Part shown: piece by piece, positions 1 to 14,018 of the stretch | Layout: each line of letters opens with the position of its first letter | How positions within the stretch are numbered: the first letter of the stretch is position 1 | From: Mytilus edulis | Taxonomy: Eukaryota | Assembly (NCBI RefSeq): GCF_963676685.1 | Contig: NC_092355.1 | Location: 19,530,001-19,594,000 of the forward strand | Length of the DNA: 64,000 nt | Direction: 5' to 3' | The notes under the pieces: generated by a model | Told to the model about the DNA's origin: nothing | What the model saw: only the letters and a program-made list of their open reading frames with translations | The model's database searches: none | Made by a program: the position numbers and the translations under genes

Positions 1-3000
1 TGCAGGCTTTTGATATAAGCTACCCCCTTTTCAACTTGCTACAGGATGAGTGAATAAAATCTGTCTGAACAAAGTTCTGTCTTGTCTGATTTCATAATGC
101 AAATGTTTGGTATCATCAAAGAGATACGTTTTGTTTCGGTGAAAATATATCATGCGTAAGTTAAGGATTAGACGATCACCAACGAAAATTGAAGATGTAA
201 AAAATCGCACGCCCTTTAGAACACCGAAGTGCATAAAAAAAGAAACGAACATGCAATATACACAGAAACAAACTATTAGATAACAACTGCCATATTCCTG
301 GTACATGTCATTTTAAGAAGAAAAATTGGTGAGTTGAACCTGGTTTTGTGCTTGTCAAACCTCGCGCGTTAAGGCAATATTAAATATACCGCTAAAATGA
401 CAACATTACATGACAGGAATACACTACAAATAAATGTGAATCTGAAAATTTCTCTGTGATTCATGTTTGTCAGAGATTGAAGTTTGATGTCGTCGATCCG
501 AATGATTTTTCAGGAAAAGATCAAGATATGAAGCGGACTTTCAACTTTCTGTGACTATCCTTTATTCTAAGTCTGTTGGAATTAAACAAATAACTTGTTC
601 ATTTTTTAAGTCAAAACAATGTTATCGGCATGACTGGAATATTGCAGGGTGTTTTATGTTTGCATAGTTTTGGTTCAGAGTGTATTTATGCTGAAGATAT
701 AAAATAAATTAAACACATGTTGGTAGAAGCAAATGTATACAGTGTTGTTTTCTTTTTACTGCAGTTTATATAAAATGTAAGCAAGAGCATGCGACAGTTG
801 ATCGTGCATCAAAGATAGACGTACCCTCATTTAACATGTTTAAACTATTGCCATCCTTTGGCCTTCTTCCAACCGACATAACAATGGTTGCCAACATTGA
901 ACGTCCATGTAGCTATAGTTGATTTATCATCCGGTTAGACAAGGGACATTTATTCCGATGTCTTGTTTAGAGAGAGCGGCACACAGTCACGTTCAGAATG
1001 TTTTTAACAATTCTGTTTTGGCTATTCGTATAGTATATGCAATGGAAATTCTAGTGACAAAATATTACACCTCCTTTGCAAAAAATGAAAACTTGTTATT
1101 TTCAATGAACTTGATGAATGTCCTCTTTAAACAAGGTCACCATCAATGATAGCACGGGAAAACGTTCTGCTAATACTTAAAAGTAGAAATAAGTTGAAAT
1201 AAAAGTAAAACTTCCATTTAATGTTATCATTTTCCTCCTATAACATATCACACAAAAGATAACACCTGTCACATTCCTGTCTTAATACACGCATTTTCTT
1301 ATGCGGAAAATTGTGCATTCAACCTGGTTTTATGTCTAGGTTAACCTCTCACTTGTATGGCAGTCGCATAAACTTCTATTATATTGACAACGATGTGTGA
1401 ACAGAAATAAACCCAGAAATAGTAAATAAAAATCTCAAAAATAGGGATACTGCATTCAACATTGTGTTAAGATATTAATCAATTTAAAAGCAAACAAATT
1501 TATCAACAAAGAAAAACAAAAAGCCATAAAGACACAGCACATTAGCAAAAACGAAAACAACAATACAAAAACTCACTACACCACAATAACACAATGAATG
1601 GATATATAAGTCCTGAGCCACAACAAATGGATATACATATACCTACTAATATTTTATAAAGATATGTATCTATAATTTTTGTACCAGCACAGACAGACTT
1701 TAAATTTTTTATATTGACGACAATATTCATATATTGAAAAAGTAAAATCACAAAAATACTGATCCCCGAGGAAAATTCAAAACGGAAAGTCCCTTTTCAA
1801 ATGGCAAAATCAAATGATAAATACACCAAACGAATGGACAACAACTGTCATATTCTTAACTTGGTACAGGCGTTTTTGAATGTATAAAATGATAGATTGA
1901 ACCGGGTCATATAGCACTTAACCTCTCACTTGTATGCTAGTCGCATCAAATTCAATTATATTTACAACGTTGCACGTGACAAAAGCAGACCGGTGTACTT
2001 AGATATAAAAAATGAGTTTATTTTGGGAAGTTGTAACATGTTAACGTTTTCATGGAAAACTCCGAAAATTGGTGACCGAAAGATCCTGAGATCAGTTATG
2101 ATTTTTCCCCAAATTTTTCTTTATCGAAATTCTGATGCAGTTATCTCGAGAAAAAATAAACATAAAACATCACATGTTAATACGTATATTTTTAATAACA
2201 CAGTGAATGATATAATTTCTTTAAACTGTACAATTGTTGTTTTAGTGTAATACCACCAATCGTTGTACGTCATATCCGGATTCAAGCGAAAAAGGGTAAA
2301 TAAAATCGCTGAATTTGATAATTAAACTTGCATTTCTTTGCAAGAAAATAAATATGTGTTATAAACAGATATCTCTGGGGTTTGAAAACACTATACTTTT
2401 TCATTTGGTGCGTCTCAAATATTTTTGAAACCTGAGGTGACATGGTTACTGAGGCTTGTCAAAGGAAAATAAACAGTGAACATTTGATTGGTTAATTTCC
2501 GGTGATAGTTTTTATATATAAAGGCATCACAAGTCTATCGCTGTTCAATAGCCATAGATCGATTAAGGGAAAACAAATGCAGATTACAACAAAATTACAC
2601 GCGGAAAACACAACAAAGGTTAGTAGTCTTTCAATATATATATATATATATAATACTCGTCTAAACATCATATATATATATATATATATCTATATTGTCC
2701 CTAATCATAATATCCTCATTTTCGACTGATATTCAAAATTGGACCCTTACTCCCAGATCACAACATATGACAGCACTTATGTATTGACTGTTATTTTTTT
2801 TCTTTCTAAAACTTGCATTAAATGCTTGCCTTTGCACACGAAGCAATTAACAATAAATCAATCAAATTAAACCCCTTTGTGGTTTTGCCTTTAAAGGTAG
2901 ACGGGGCTATAAATTATAAACGATATTATTTTTCAATACCTTACAAAAACATGCTATTTTCAAATTGTAATTAAAATCATAGGTCGAGGAGTTTTATTGG

Positions 3001-3592
3001 AAGTTATGGGATGTGCACAATTAATAGGATTTGAATAAATTAAACATACACAAACAAATTTCTGGCGAACTAAAGGAGAAACGTTTAAAATAGATTATGA
3101 AAAGCTATGATACTAAGCCTTTTTGAAAGTAAAAATAAAAGTAGAGGGACCTGGTAAACATTTTCTTTTAGCATGTCCACTTTATCTTAACAAATATTCC
3201 GATTCCCACTTCTTTCGTAAAACTGTAGTATAGAATCTACTGTTAATAAACAAATCTGTTTTTTAACAAATAAAACACATAAAAAACGCTACGATGTAAT
3301 TATGAAGAGTCAGTCCGGGAATATCGCTCTGTAAGTCATTCCATTTCATGAGGGAGGTTTATTTGTCTTCTTGAATTAGATTGATTCATAGTGAGATGTT
3401 CAACGAGAAAGCCTTTATGTATATTCTAGATTTACTACTTGGAAAAAGTTCTTGAATTTAGTCCTGATATCTATGATGAGTTTATTTAGCTTCATTCATT
3501 TCAATGTAACCATATGAAATATAAATTAGATTCAACAATAAATCAGCATTACCTCCCTTGACTCGATAGACAGAACATAATCGATCTACAGA

Positions 3593-3616
3593 TAACAACC
3601 TGATAAACAAACTTCG
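3593..3616 (+). promoter_or_regulatory. Conserved upstream motif shared by B-box paralogs (GATA-like TGATAA overlapping forkhead-like TAAACA)
   Basis: TAACAACCTGATAAACAAACTTCG is identical at 3593-3616 and 47069-47092, each just upstream of a paralog ATG. A degenerate version lies at about 38735-38756. Confidence 0.45.
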
Positions 3617-3665
3617 ACCTTGTTAAAAACTGTAATATTTAATAGCTGATTTGCTTAACATAATA

Positions 3666-4490
3666 ATGGCTCAGTCTCCTGTTAGATTATGTGAAATCTG
3701 TGAAAATTCTCTAGGAAGTAGATACTGTACCGACTGTGAGCAGTTTTTCTGTGAGTCATGTGAATTATCACATTTAAAATCTAAATCTTGCAGAAATCAT
3801 TTCTTTAAATATGCCGACATTTCAAATCCGGAAGTAAAAACGCCAATTTGTATACAACACGAAGAAAAGTTAACATTTTACTGTTATACCTGTATATCAC
3901 TGATTTGTAACATGTGTTTGCCAATCACTCATAAAAAGCACGATTTCTGTCTGATCGATGATGCTGCTTCAAAAACGCGACCACGCTTAGACTTTGAGGT
4001 CAAATCAGCTGAAGCCCGCGTCTCTAGAGTTAAACAGCAAATCATCTCTTCTCGACTGACCCTCAAAAACGTTGAAGACGAAATAGACAAGGTTAAAAGG
4101 GATATTGATGAAAGAGTGGCTGTTATCGTAAACGCTCTTGATGCCACGAAGGACACTTTCTTGAAATCAGTCGAAGAACACAGACTGGAAGAAATCAAGA
4201 AGATAAACCAAGAAATTATGAAGATAGAAAAGGAGACTGAAAATGGCGTAGAAGTTTTGGATAAAATGAAAAACTCGATAGATGGACAAAATAATATCAT
4301 TCTGATGGATGCCTTTAGTGAAATGACCAAAACTTTGCATTCACTTTCTCTAGTTAATATGGGTACTGTGTTACCAGATCGCGTCCAGTTTATTCCATGT
4401 TCAAAGAAACCCTACTTTCATAATCTGATTGGAAATTTGTTAATAAGAAATCCAAATGGTTCTTGTTATGAAGTACAAATCCCGGAATAA
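3666..4490 (+). CDS. RING-less TRIM-like protein, copy 1 (B-box1, B-box2, coiled coil; no C-terminal SH3-like domain)
   Basis: ATG at 3666 gives MAQSPV, the same start as the paralogs. B-box1 CEIC..YCTDCEQFFCESC..SHLKSKSCRNH; B-box2 CIQH..YCYTC..ICNMC..THKKH; then a heptad-rich helix. Single exon, 274 aa. Confidence 0.85.
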   Translation: MAQSPVRLCEICENSLGSRYCTDCEQFFCESCELSHLKSKSCRNHFFKYADISNPEVKTPICIQHEEKLTFYCYTCISLICNMCLPITHKKHDFCLIDDAASKTRPRLDFEVKSAEARVSRVKQQIISSRLTLKNVEDEIDKVKRDIDERVAVIVNALDATKDTFLKSVEEHRLEEIKKINQEIMKIEKETENGVEVLDKMKNSIDGQNNIILMDAFSEMTKTLHSLSLVNMGTVLPDRVQFIPCSKKPYFHNLIGNLLIRNPNGSCYEVQIPE

Positions 4491-7027
4491 TTTTATAGAT
4501 CAATCAGATTTCCCTGCTTTCAAATAAATCTACTACGGATAACGAATTAATGCCACACACTAATTATATAGGTACTATACAATTAAATATCTCTGTTCAT
4601 GTAGTTTAAATCAACGTTATTTTCACACGAAGGAAATACAAAATTTAAACGACCACCATTTTTGTTTTTGTACTGTGATGAATCCTAGTGTATAACCTCT
4701 TTAAAGACCCGTCTAAATTAAACTTTTCACTAGCTGTCATAATCGTCAAGTACTCACATAGCTGGGTACCGTTTCACAAAGCCTTCGATAGGCTACGAAT
4801 CGTCGTACATCCATTGTAGATAAATCCTTGGTTTTACAACCGTTTCACATTGCCGTAATCATTTAAGATGATCGTAAATAACATGAATAATACGTAAATC
4901 CCGGCATAACTTTCTACAGCTATACCAAGTCGTATCTCGATTGAAGTTTAGTGTTTCGGCGAATATGAGTTATCCTTTGTGTCTTTTGATTTTGTTTGGA
5001 TGTACAATTACACAACCACGTCAACTTTGTGTTTTTGTATTTGTATTTGTATCCATCTGATGACTTAATAATTTTTCAAAAGATTTTTATAGTTCTTTCT
5101 TATGTTATACTGTTACAACACTGTCCGAGGTTAGAGGTAAAGATAAACTGTAAACGGGAAAAATTTTCGCATATTAAAAAGTTTTATATGACCACAATTG
5201 TCAATTGACCCCTTAAGTAGTAATTGCCCTATAGAGACCATTTCTCACAATTTTTTCATCTAGTTTGCTTACTTTAGAAAAAAATCTCCTTTGAAACTGA
5301 TGAATTAATTTCAGTCAAACTTGGGCTGAATGAGCCTCAAAGTACATAGTATATTTTTTTACTTCCTTGTACGACAAGAAACATGGCCACTATGGCTAAA
5401 ATGGAACAAAGGGGTAAAATGCATACAGTTTCGTTTGAAGACAATATGAAAGATGCAAAGAACATTTAACTTGAATTTATAAGCCACTCATCAATAGATA
5501 TTGAAAAGCAATGATTATCATTGATGAAAATATGAATATTTTTAGAATATCACTTTGGTATATTAATTAATAATATTATGTTAAATGGATTAACATCTGT
5601 ATTTTCTTGACATGTATGTCATACAACACGATCTCTGGCCATTGTTTCTAGATTTTTTTGACAAAAGAAATAAAAGACAGTTTTGATTTTTATTTTATAT
5701 GGGTAGATGAACCCTAAGTTTGAATCTTTTAACAATAGTTTTAACTGAACCATACTTGTTCAAGTAATTTTTTTAATTTTTTTATTGTCATCAGATGAAT
5801 ATTTGGCGAACTCTTCTGTATTTGTGGGGAATTTATTAAGCCTTTAAACTATTTGATTCCAGCTTTATTGCTGAGTCTTTTATAGACTTTTTATTATGTT
5901 ATGGTTTTACTTAATGTACTATGTGTACTGAAAACTACCAGCAACCCTGGATGATGTGTCCAACAAGATGACGATAATCGAAGAATGGTAAAATATTTTT
6001 TCTTAGTTTCCGATAGTCATGCATTGAATTTTATGTAAGTTAAATGAACACAAAACAGTTCTATCTATAATAACAACAACAAAGTCAAAATGCATGTGAT
6101 ACACTAATCTCCTGGGTTCTGAGAGATATTAAGCATAACGTGAATAAAAGCATCTTGTTTAAAATTATAAGCGACAGTAATAATAAGAGAAAAGTGAACA
6201 AACTCTAAATACGTCTCTGATCCATTGGACAAATAAGAAAAATCTGGTTCATAAATATAAAGGACTCTTTAGTAAAACAAATTTTGAATTGATTTAGTTT
6301 TTTCGTCAAATTTTCATTGCTGTGGAGAAAAATATTATTTCAATTATTTTTTAAACCCAGTTTATAATTTCCCACTTTAAAATTTGTCAAATGAATGTGC
6401 GCTAAGACTAAATCTTTGCTTTTACTGGAAAAAACTACAAAAATTCTGTATTCCGTTTTAATGAATATTAACAAGCACTTCCAAACCATAGATTTTATTT
6501 ATTCAGCAGATGTAAATCACAACTTTTTGTAGTAGTCTAAATAGACAAAATATTCAAAAAGTTTGCAGAAAGAAAAAGTGTTCTACATGAGCTGATACTG
6601 ATACGTCACGAAGGTCTAATGGCTGCCTAAAATTTCACAATCATTCAATGATTATCATTTATCACGTTGATCACAGGACTTTTAAAGTGTTGAAATTACT
6701 TTCTAAAGCATCTTCTAACATTCTTCGAAGTTATTTGTTATTACTGGACACTCCTATATTGTATTCTACATTTGAGACGAGTTGCAATGATCAGTTGTGG
6801 ATGTTGTTTTTTTTTTAAAGGAAACTCGATTCGTGATTTACGATGGATTTACTGTTTGATAGACTTCAAAATGTCTAACGGTACGGTCAATTTTACTATC
6901 AATATTAACATTGTAACAAAACACAAACAAAACAATATTTATAGATCAAAACCAAGTTCATCACGTCATTTCAAAAAGCCTGCGAAAACAACGTTAACGT
7001 TTTCCTGAACTGTTCGGACATTTAATA

Positions 7028-8750
7028 ATGAAAGTATACATTGATGGAGCATGCAAGAATAACGGAAAGCCATTGGCAAAGGCCAGTTATGGTATATTTT
7101 GGGAACCAAATAACATCAAAAAAATAAATGATCCAGTTCCTGAATCTTACAAGCAAACAAACAATACGGGGGAACTGTATACTGCCGAAAAATGCCTTCA
7201 ACAAATACACGAAAATCAATTATCAAACATTATCATTAAAACCGACAGTGAATATTTAGTTAGAGGTATAACTAATGACAATGTTTATTGGAAAAGCATC
7301 AACTGGAAACTCAAATATTCCGGAAATGATATGAAAAATAAAGAGCTGTGGTCAGACATAGATCATTTGTTATCAAATATAAACGTATCGTGGGTGCACG
7401 TTGCTCGTGGTTTTGGAATCGGTGTGATTGAAGCCGATAAACTCGCAAAACTTGCGATGAACATAAAAACGTCTGGAAAAACCGTTCAAGCAAATAATCA
7501 GAGTATCGTGAATGTGTGCAACAACATTGAATGAAGCGACGACGAAGAGCAAACTATACCGAGGAAGGTAAAAACCCCGCGTCTAAGTATCTCTAACAAC
7601 AAACTCTCAAAAATAATACTTAGGCAAACTCTACGTCTTTCTGTACAATGTCAACACTCAGGAGAATTGAAAGTCTTTTATTGTCAACATCTGAGGAAGT
7701 TTTAAATTTAAATGATGCCCTTAACTGTCATATTGACTCGTCAAACAGTCAATTTCAAGAGATGAAAGACAAATTTGCATCATTAACAAATACGGTTAAA
7801 GTTCAAACCAATTCAGCTTTTACCTCCGTTCAAGAAGTTTTTACACAAACACAGCTCATTAAATCGGATATCGATAAAAAAAAACAAAAAGGCATTTATA
7901 AATAAATCCAACAGTTTGTGGGACAAATTAAATGCCGTTTCAAATGAGATTAAATCTGTAAATTTAAAATCATCTCACGTCAACGATTTAACAAAAACTG
8001 TGACAGAAACACCAAATCGCAAAAGAGAGGAAAGAATTTCATCTACAAATAAACCAACACCTGGAACATACAGCAACACTGTAAAAAGTGGATTACCAAG
8101 TAGCTCTAATAAGCCGGTTTCTATAAAAAGGACAAACCTATGTAACAACCATGATGCTCAGAGTTATCCAATAAATACAAAACACACAGACCGTAAAGTC
8201 AACTCTATTATCCGCATTTCCATCGGTCTTTTGACTAGAAAAGCTTATTTCTTATTGGGAGTTCAACTCTAAAAGAGATGTCTCCTAGGAAAATGTCAAC
8301 TCAACAAATCAATGCCAAAGTAAAGACTATCCGGGGAGGACGGATCAGAGTCATTAAAGATTACCTAATTCAATGCATATTAGAAGGCAGACTTGGTTGT
8401 GTTGATGTTATTGCTACTCATGTGGGCACTAACAATGTATGAGATGGAGACTCTGTTCATGCTATTATGGACGACTTCAAAAATTGATTTGTACAGTCAG
8501 GCAAAGCTTACCAAGAACTAAGCTGGTAATTTCCTCAATTCTACGAAGGCCAACCCATTATCAAGCTAATCTTACAATTTAGAATATAAACAATCATCTA
8601 TTCTCTTTAGAGAAACAACATGTGGAAATTTTGGACACTACTTTAGACTTTCTATATTGAGACCATCCCAATCTTACTTTATTTGCAGACCATGATCACA
8701 CAAATGTTGCTAGTGCCAAACTTTTATGCCACAACATTATCTCGTTTTAG
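7028..8750 (+). mobile_element. Decayed retroelement-type ORF: RNase H1 domain, coiled coil, SGNH/GDSL esterase (LINE ORF1-like)
   Basis: RNase H motifs VYIDGAC, TNNTGEL, KTDSEY, KNKELW, WVHV, EADKLAK (7028-7534); coiled-coil fragments 7648-8270. Manual translation of about 8240-8750 gives SGNH blocks LFLIGSS, IRGG, HVGTNN, KLVISSIL, DHDH, with several stops and frameshifts. Confidence 0.7.
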
Positions 8751-8829
8751 GACAAACATATGATAAACATATGTTTACAATCATATGTTTACATAATTTG
8801 TATTGTATATCTAGTCAAACTTTTTTTAT

Positions 8830-9245
8830 TAAGTTGTTGTCTCTTCTATTTTTATATTTTTGTCTCTTTCACATACCCCATTTCTATTGTCTATGTTTTA
8901 TTTTCATATGTTTGTTTCTTTGACATATCCAATTTCTATTGTCTATATTCTATTTTCATAGTTTTGTCTCTTTGACATACCCCATCATATGTTTGCCTCT
9001 TTGACATACCCTAATTATATTGTCTATATTCTATTTTCATATGTTTGTCTCTGTGAAATACACCTTTTCTATTGTTGATAATCTATTCTAATCTGATGTA
9101 TGTGATATTTCTATTGTCTATATTCTATTTTCCTCTGATGTCTGTGATATTTCTATTGTCTATATTCTATTTCCCTCTAATGTATGTGATATTTCTATTG
9201 TCTATATTCTATTTCCCTCTGATGGATGTGATATTTCTATTGCTA
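8830..9245 (+). repeat. Tandem repeat tail after the RNase H/SGNH element
   Basis: Iterated ttgtctctttgacataccc..tttctattgtctatattctattttc units, grading into ~39-bp units (gtgatatttctattgtctatattctatttccctctgatg). Confidence 0.85.
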
Positions 9246-11149
9246 TATCACCATACACATTAATATGTAATTGTCTACACTGCTAGCTATTACAGGTGCG
9301 AGTGTATGCAGCTGCTTTTGTGGTCCTTAATGGCTTGCTGTTTCGTGTGAGCTCTGTTTTGAAATCCGTACTTTGACCTGTAATGGTTTACTTTTACAAA
9401 TTATGACCTGGATCGAGAGTTGTTTCATTGGCACTAATACCACATCTTCTTATATCTATAATTAAGAAAGACAACTAGATTGACTTTTGAGTTCAATATT
9501 TTATTAATTTAAAATGAATGTTCTTTGGTTCTGTTTCTTTACTTTTCAGTTCCTGCAAATAAAAATAAAAGAACAGAGTTTCAATGTCCACTGAGTTGCA
9601 CATATTTTATCTATCAAGGGGCAATAATTAAAAAAGGCACTTGAATAAAATTATAAATAAAAAAAGTGTGCTTGGAAAAAAAGTTCGTTTTCTTGTTTAC
9701 AAAATATTTCAAACAGACCTTCAAGGGCATTACTTACAGCATACTATGTGTTTTATAAAAAAAAAATAAACCGATGAGAGCGCTTACAAGACCATTTTCC
9801 TTTATTTAATATTTTCAAGGGGCATAACACTTTTGAAAATAGTCAAAAGTAGTGAACTTGACCAATATATTGCTAATATTAAAGTATAGTATAATTTTTA
9901 TAAAAATCTGGCAAGAATTGCACCTGCAAGATAAATATAAACACCTTACAATCATTCTATAAAAATAATAATTAATGTCTGCCATACAATTATATGAAGT
10001 TTTAATTTTTCAATGGTTCAGATTTTGCATCCTTAAACAAGTTGAAGGTTACTTTATGGTATGGATTTTGATTATTGTTCATTGCTGAACAGTGACCAGT
10101 AAATGTTTTATTTTCATTCTTTAGTTTTTTAATTGATAGTTATCACACTGAGGATCATACCTCATCTCCTTATATCAATATTCTAGTCCTTTAAAAACGC
10201 TCTACGGTTAAAAGAAAATTATTAAATTAATTTTTCTTGTTTATTTTAATGTACAGTGGCAAATATTTAATGTATATTCAAGACGAGAACAACTTTTGAT
10301 CATGTTAAATATACAATTCATAATATACGGTGTGATGCAAATGCTATAATTATTTGAGCTTCTCATTTCTCATGCGTGTGCAGCAGAAGCAGATGAGACT
10401 GGTAAGGATTCCTCGATGCATACTTGACATCAGAAAGACAGAAAAATAAACAACTGTATACATGTACAATTACACTTGAAAAAGTTTTGAAACGCTAACA
10501 TTAAATTTTTTTTTAAATCAAATGCAATTCTACATATGAACTTACTTTGATACCAGGTTTTTTTACAGGACATCTGCACCTACATGTACATCATAACATG
10601 TACCTCAGTGATTCTAATACTGCACTTTCCTTTCGTTTTGGTAACAAGCTAAAATTATAAATTTTAAGTTAATCCAAAAGTCCAGACAAAAACTAGATGT
10701 AGTATGAACTGATGCTCACTAATTAATACTTTTACTTTTGAGTTAATGGAAACAATTTATAAACAAACAACAAATATATGAATAGCATGAACTTTCTCAT
10801 ATATCATGTATATATAATAAACTATTCTTCTGCCTAAGTTTAAAAAAATTCATTTAGGCATTAAACTCCAGTTTATTAAATCTTGATTTGCTGTTTCATA
10901 GGCAAAATTGTTGAAATGCAACATTTATATATAAATATTAAACTCATGAACATAATATGTTGTCATTTGTGTTACCGTTTGTATACTTCATGCATTTTAT
11001 AAAAGAACAGTGTTTCAATGTACTTCACCAATTGATGGATATATAAAATTTGCTGTCAAAAAATGAATAACCACAACAAAAAACTTTAAGTATGTTCTTT
11101 TTTTAACATTTTTCATGAATTATAAAAATAATCTACAAGAAAAGTAGAC

Positions 11150-12370
11150 ATGTGTGGGATGCAATTTTCCTTACAATATCTATTTCCAAGAGGCATAACT
11201 CCTGTAAACATATTTTATTGATCTTGTATTTCTTATCATTTTAATAGCCTGTTAAGTTTCTCTTTATCTTCTTTAGTTCTTGCTCAAAACACAAAAGAGG
11301 AAAAAATTGCAAAATTTACGAGAAAGTTGTTAAATTGACTATAAAGGGCAACAACTCCTTAAGGGGTCCATTGAAAATGTTGGTTATGTTGACCTTTGTA
11401 TATCTTACTTTGCTGAACATTATTGCATGAAACTTTTCAAAAATCAAAAATTTGAAAAATTTTGAGAAAAAAAAGGAATCCCTTAAAAAAATTGTAATTA
11501 AACTATCCCCCCCCCCCACGCCCTCAACTTATTGAAATCTCCCTTGGAGCAATAACCCTAAAACTCAATCCCATCCTTTCTTTTGTAGTATGGAACCTTG
11601 TAGTACAATTTCAGAGAGATCCATACACTCGGTGGCAGATCCAGATACTTTCATATAAGTGGGGGCCCACTGACTGCCTTAGAGGGGGCCGATCCGGACA
11701 TGCTTCAGTGATTCCCTATATAATCAATCAAAATTTTCCCAGAAAAGGGGGGGGGGCAGGGCCGCCTGGGCTTCCACCCTAAATCCGCCTATGAATCACT
11801 TTAACACAAGTTATTGTCTTGAAACTAGAAACATACTTCTTTTTGGCCCTTTTTGGCCCCTAATTCCTATTTCGGTAACTAACCCAAAACTCTTTACCAG
11901 CCTTCCCTTTGTTGTATGGAACATTGTGGTACAATTTCAGAGAGATCTATACAACTTCACACAAGTTATTGTCTGGAAACTAGGAAAATGCTTGTTTTGG
12001 CCCCTTATTCCTAAACTGTGGCCCCATAATCCCTAAACTGAATCCAAACCTTTTACTTGTGGTTTTAAACATTGTGGTACAATTTCAAAGCAATTCAAAT
12101 ACTTATAAACAAGTTATTATCCTGAAACTAGAAAAATGCTTGTTTTGGGCCCATTTTGAGCCCCTAATTCCTAAACGGTTGGGACTTCCGACCATCATCC
12201 CCAAAATCATCCCAACCTAAGTTACCTTTTTTTTTTGTGGTATTGGACCTTCTAAACAAAATTCATAAAGATTTATGCACTTAAACTAAAGTTATTGTTC
12301 AGAAACCAATGTGTCTTCGGACCTTATCATTATAATTATATACAATCCCCAAAAATTGTTTGTGGTCGTA
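11150..12370. mobile_element. Non-autonomous Helentron/HINE-like repeat with internal tandem units, containing a Harbinger-like MITE (about 11630-11793)
   Basis: Internal repeats such as ttttggccccttattcctaaac and gtacaatttcagagagatc. The nested GC-rich insert ggtggcagatcc...aaatccgcctatg has a related copy at about 56572-56690. Confidence 0.5.
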
Positions 12371-14018
12371 TAAAAAGAACAAGCAATGGAGAGTATATAG
12401 AGCTTCCTATGTTATTTTCAATAAAATGGTCCAGAAGAAAAAATATTTTTTCACTGCTTACACGAAATCAAAATGTGTAACATGTAGATAGTGTGACAAC
12501 AACAAAATATTCAAACAAAGTTATCCTTTTTATTACATGTACGCGTACCTCTCGTCATAAAATAATTGCCGGCTGCTCTTTATATGCACATAAATCAATA
12601 TGAAAATCTATGAATCCATCATATAATCTAGAAAGCAATGCCTCAGAGAATTCCATTCTGTTGCTTAGCTTCTTCTTCTTGAAGTACATGTACTTCCATA
12701 GAAAATGCTAAAAGAAATAATGTAAAATGAAATGAAGTTAAAATATCTGATAAATTGCCTTAAATATTTTTATACATGTTATATGGCAAAATTGGCTTAT
12801 TTTGATCTTTTAAAACAACAGATCTAGACTTGCCCTGAAAAAATAATACTAGTATATATACATGTATATAAAAGTATTAAATTATTTGAATGTTCTAATC
12901 CATCTTATTAAGTCCATATGCCTGTTGTATGAATTTAATGGTGTATCAAAGTGGTTAAATTTGATCTTTGACTAAATAAGTTCTTGTTATAATTTACAAA
13001 TGTATAAAGCCAATCGTTTTCATCAGTTAACAGTGCAAATGTACATGGTCAAGGGGATAACTTAATTCAGGAGCCTGTAATTCAGTGGTTGTCCTTTGTT
13101 TATGTGTTACATACTTGTTTTTTGTTCATTTTTTGTACATAGATAAGGCCCTAAGTTTTCTCATTTGAATTGTTTTACATTGTCATTTAGGGGCCTTTTA
13201 TAGCTGACTATGCAGTATGGGCTTTTCTCATTGTTGAAGGCCGTACGGTGACCTATAGTTGTTAATTGCTGTGTCATTTTGGTCTCTTATGGACAGTCAT
13301 ACCACATCTTCTTTTTTATATAAAATAAGTTATTAGTGAAAATAACATGCATGTTGTAATGCCAGATAATTTTATGAGTTGTCTAATCTTCGTTTCTAAA
13401 ATTTTCTTCGGTAGTAACATATATTTGTTGTTTTTGGTGGGCACTAAGGAATTTTTGAAACTATATATGTGCAGTAACTAAATACACAACCTTTATAACT
13501 AATTTTCAAATTAAATGAATACATTTTTAATCAACCATGGTAACTTCTTTAGTCAATGAGACAAGGGATTTGAAGGGATTAAACTTAGCTGTTATAACAT
13601 GTAAGGCCTAGTTATCATTGTTATTACAGACATGTATTAATGTATTACATGTTTTATATGAGACAGTTTGGTAATTACTGGAAAGCATGCTCTGATCATC
13701 ATCATGATCATTATGTCTAACAATAACTTGAAATACATTGTGATTTTTAAAGCATGATATACTGATATACGTCTGAGCAAAAGCTTTGAAGTTATTTAGA
13801 GAAGCTGTAATAACCACCTTCAGTTACAATGTATTACATGCATTTTGTTACATGTATGCCCCTGTCGTATTGGGGGGGAGGGGGAGAGGGGGGTAAGTTT
13901 TAACATTGTCCATCCGTCAGTACATACATTTTGTTGTACGTCCCAAAAAATTTGGTGGTCACTGGTGTTACTTTTACCTGTCTTCAGTTATGCATTGCTG
14001 AATTTTTATTTTTATTTT

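Noticed and set aside
7028-7534. Host RNase H1 gene or bacterial rnhA transfer
   Set aside because: Intronless, lacks the hybrid-binding domain, has a degenerate active-site loop, and is followed by frameshifted ORF1-like sequence. A mobile-element origin is more likely.
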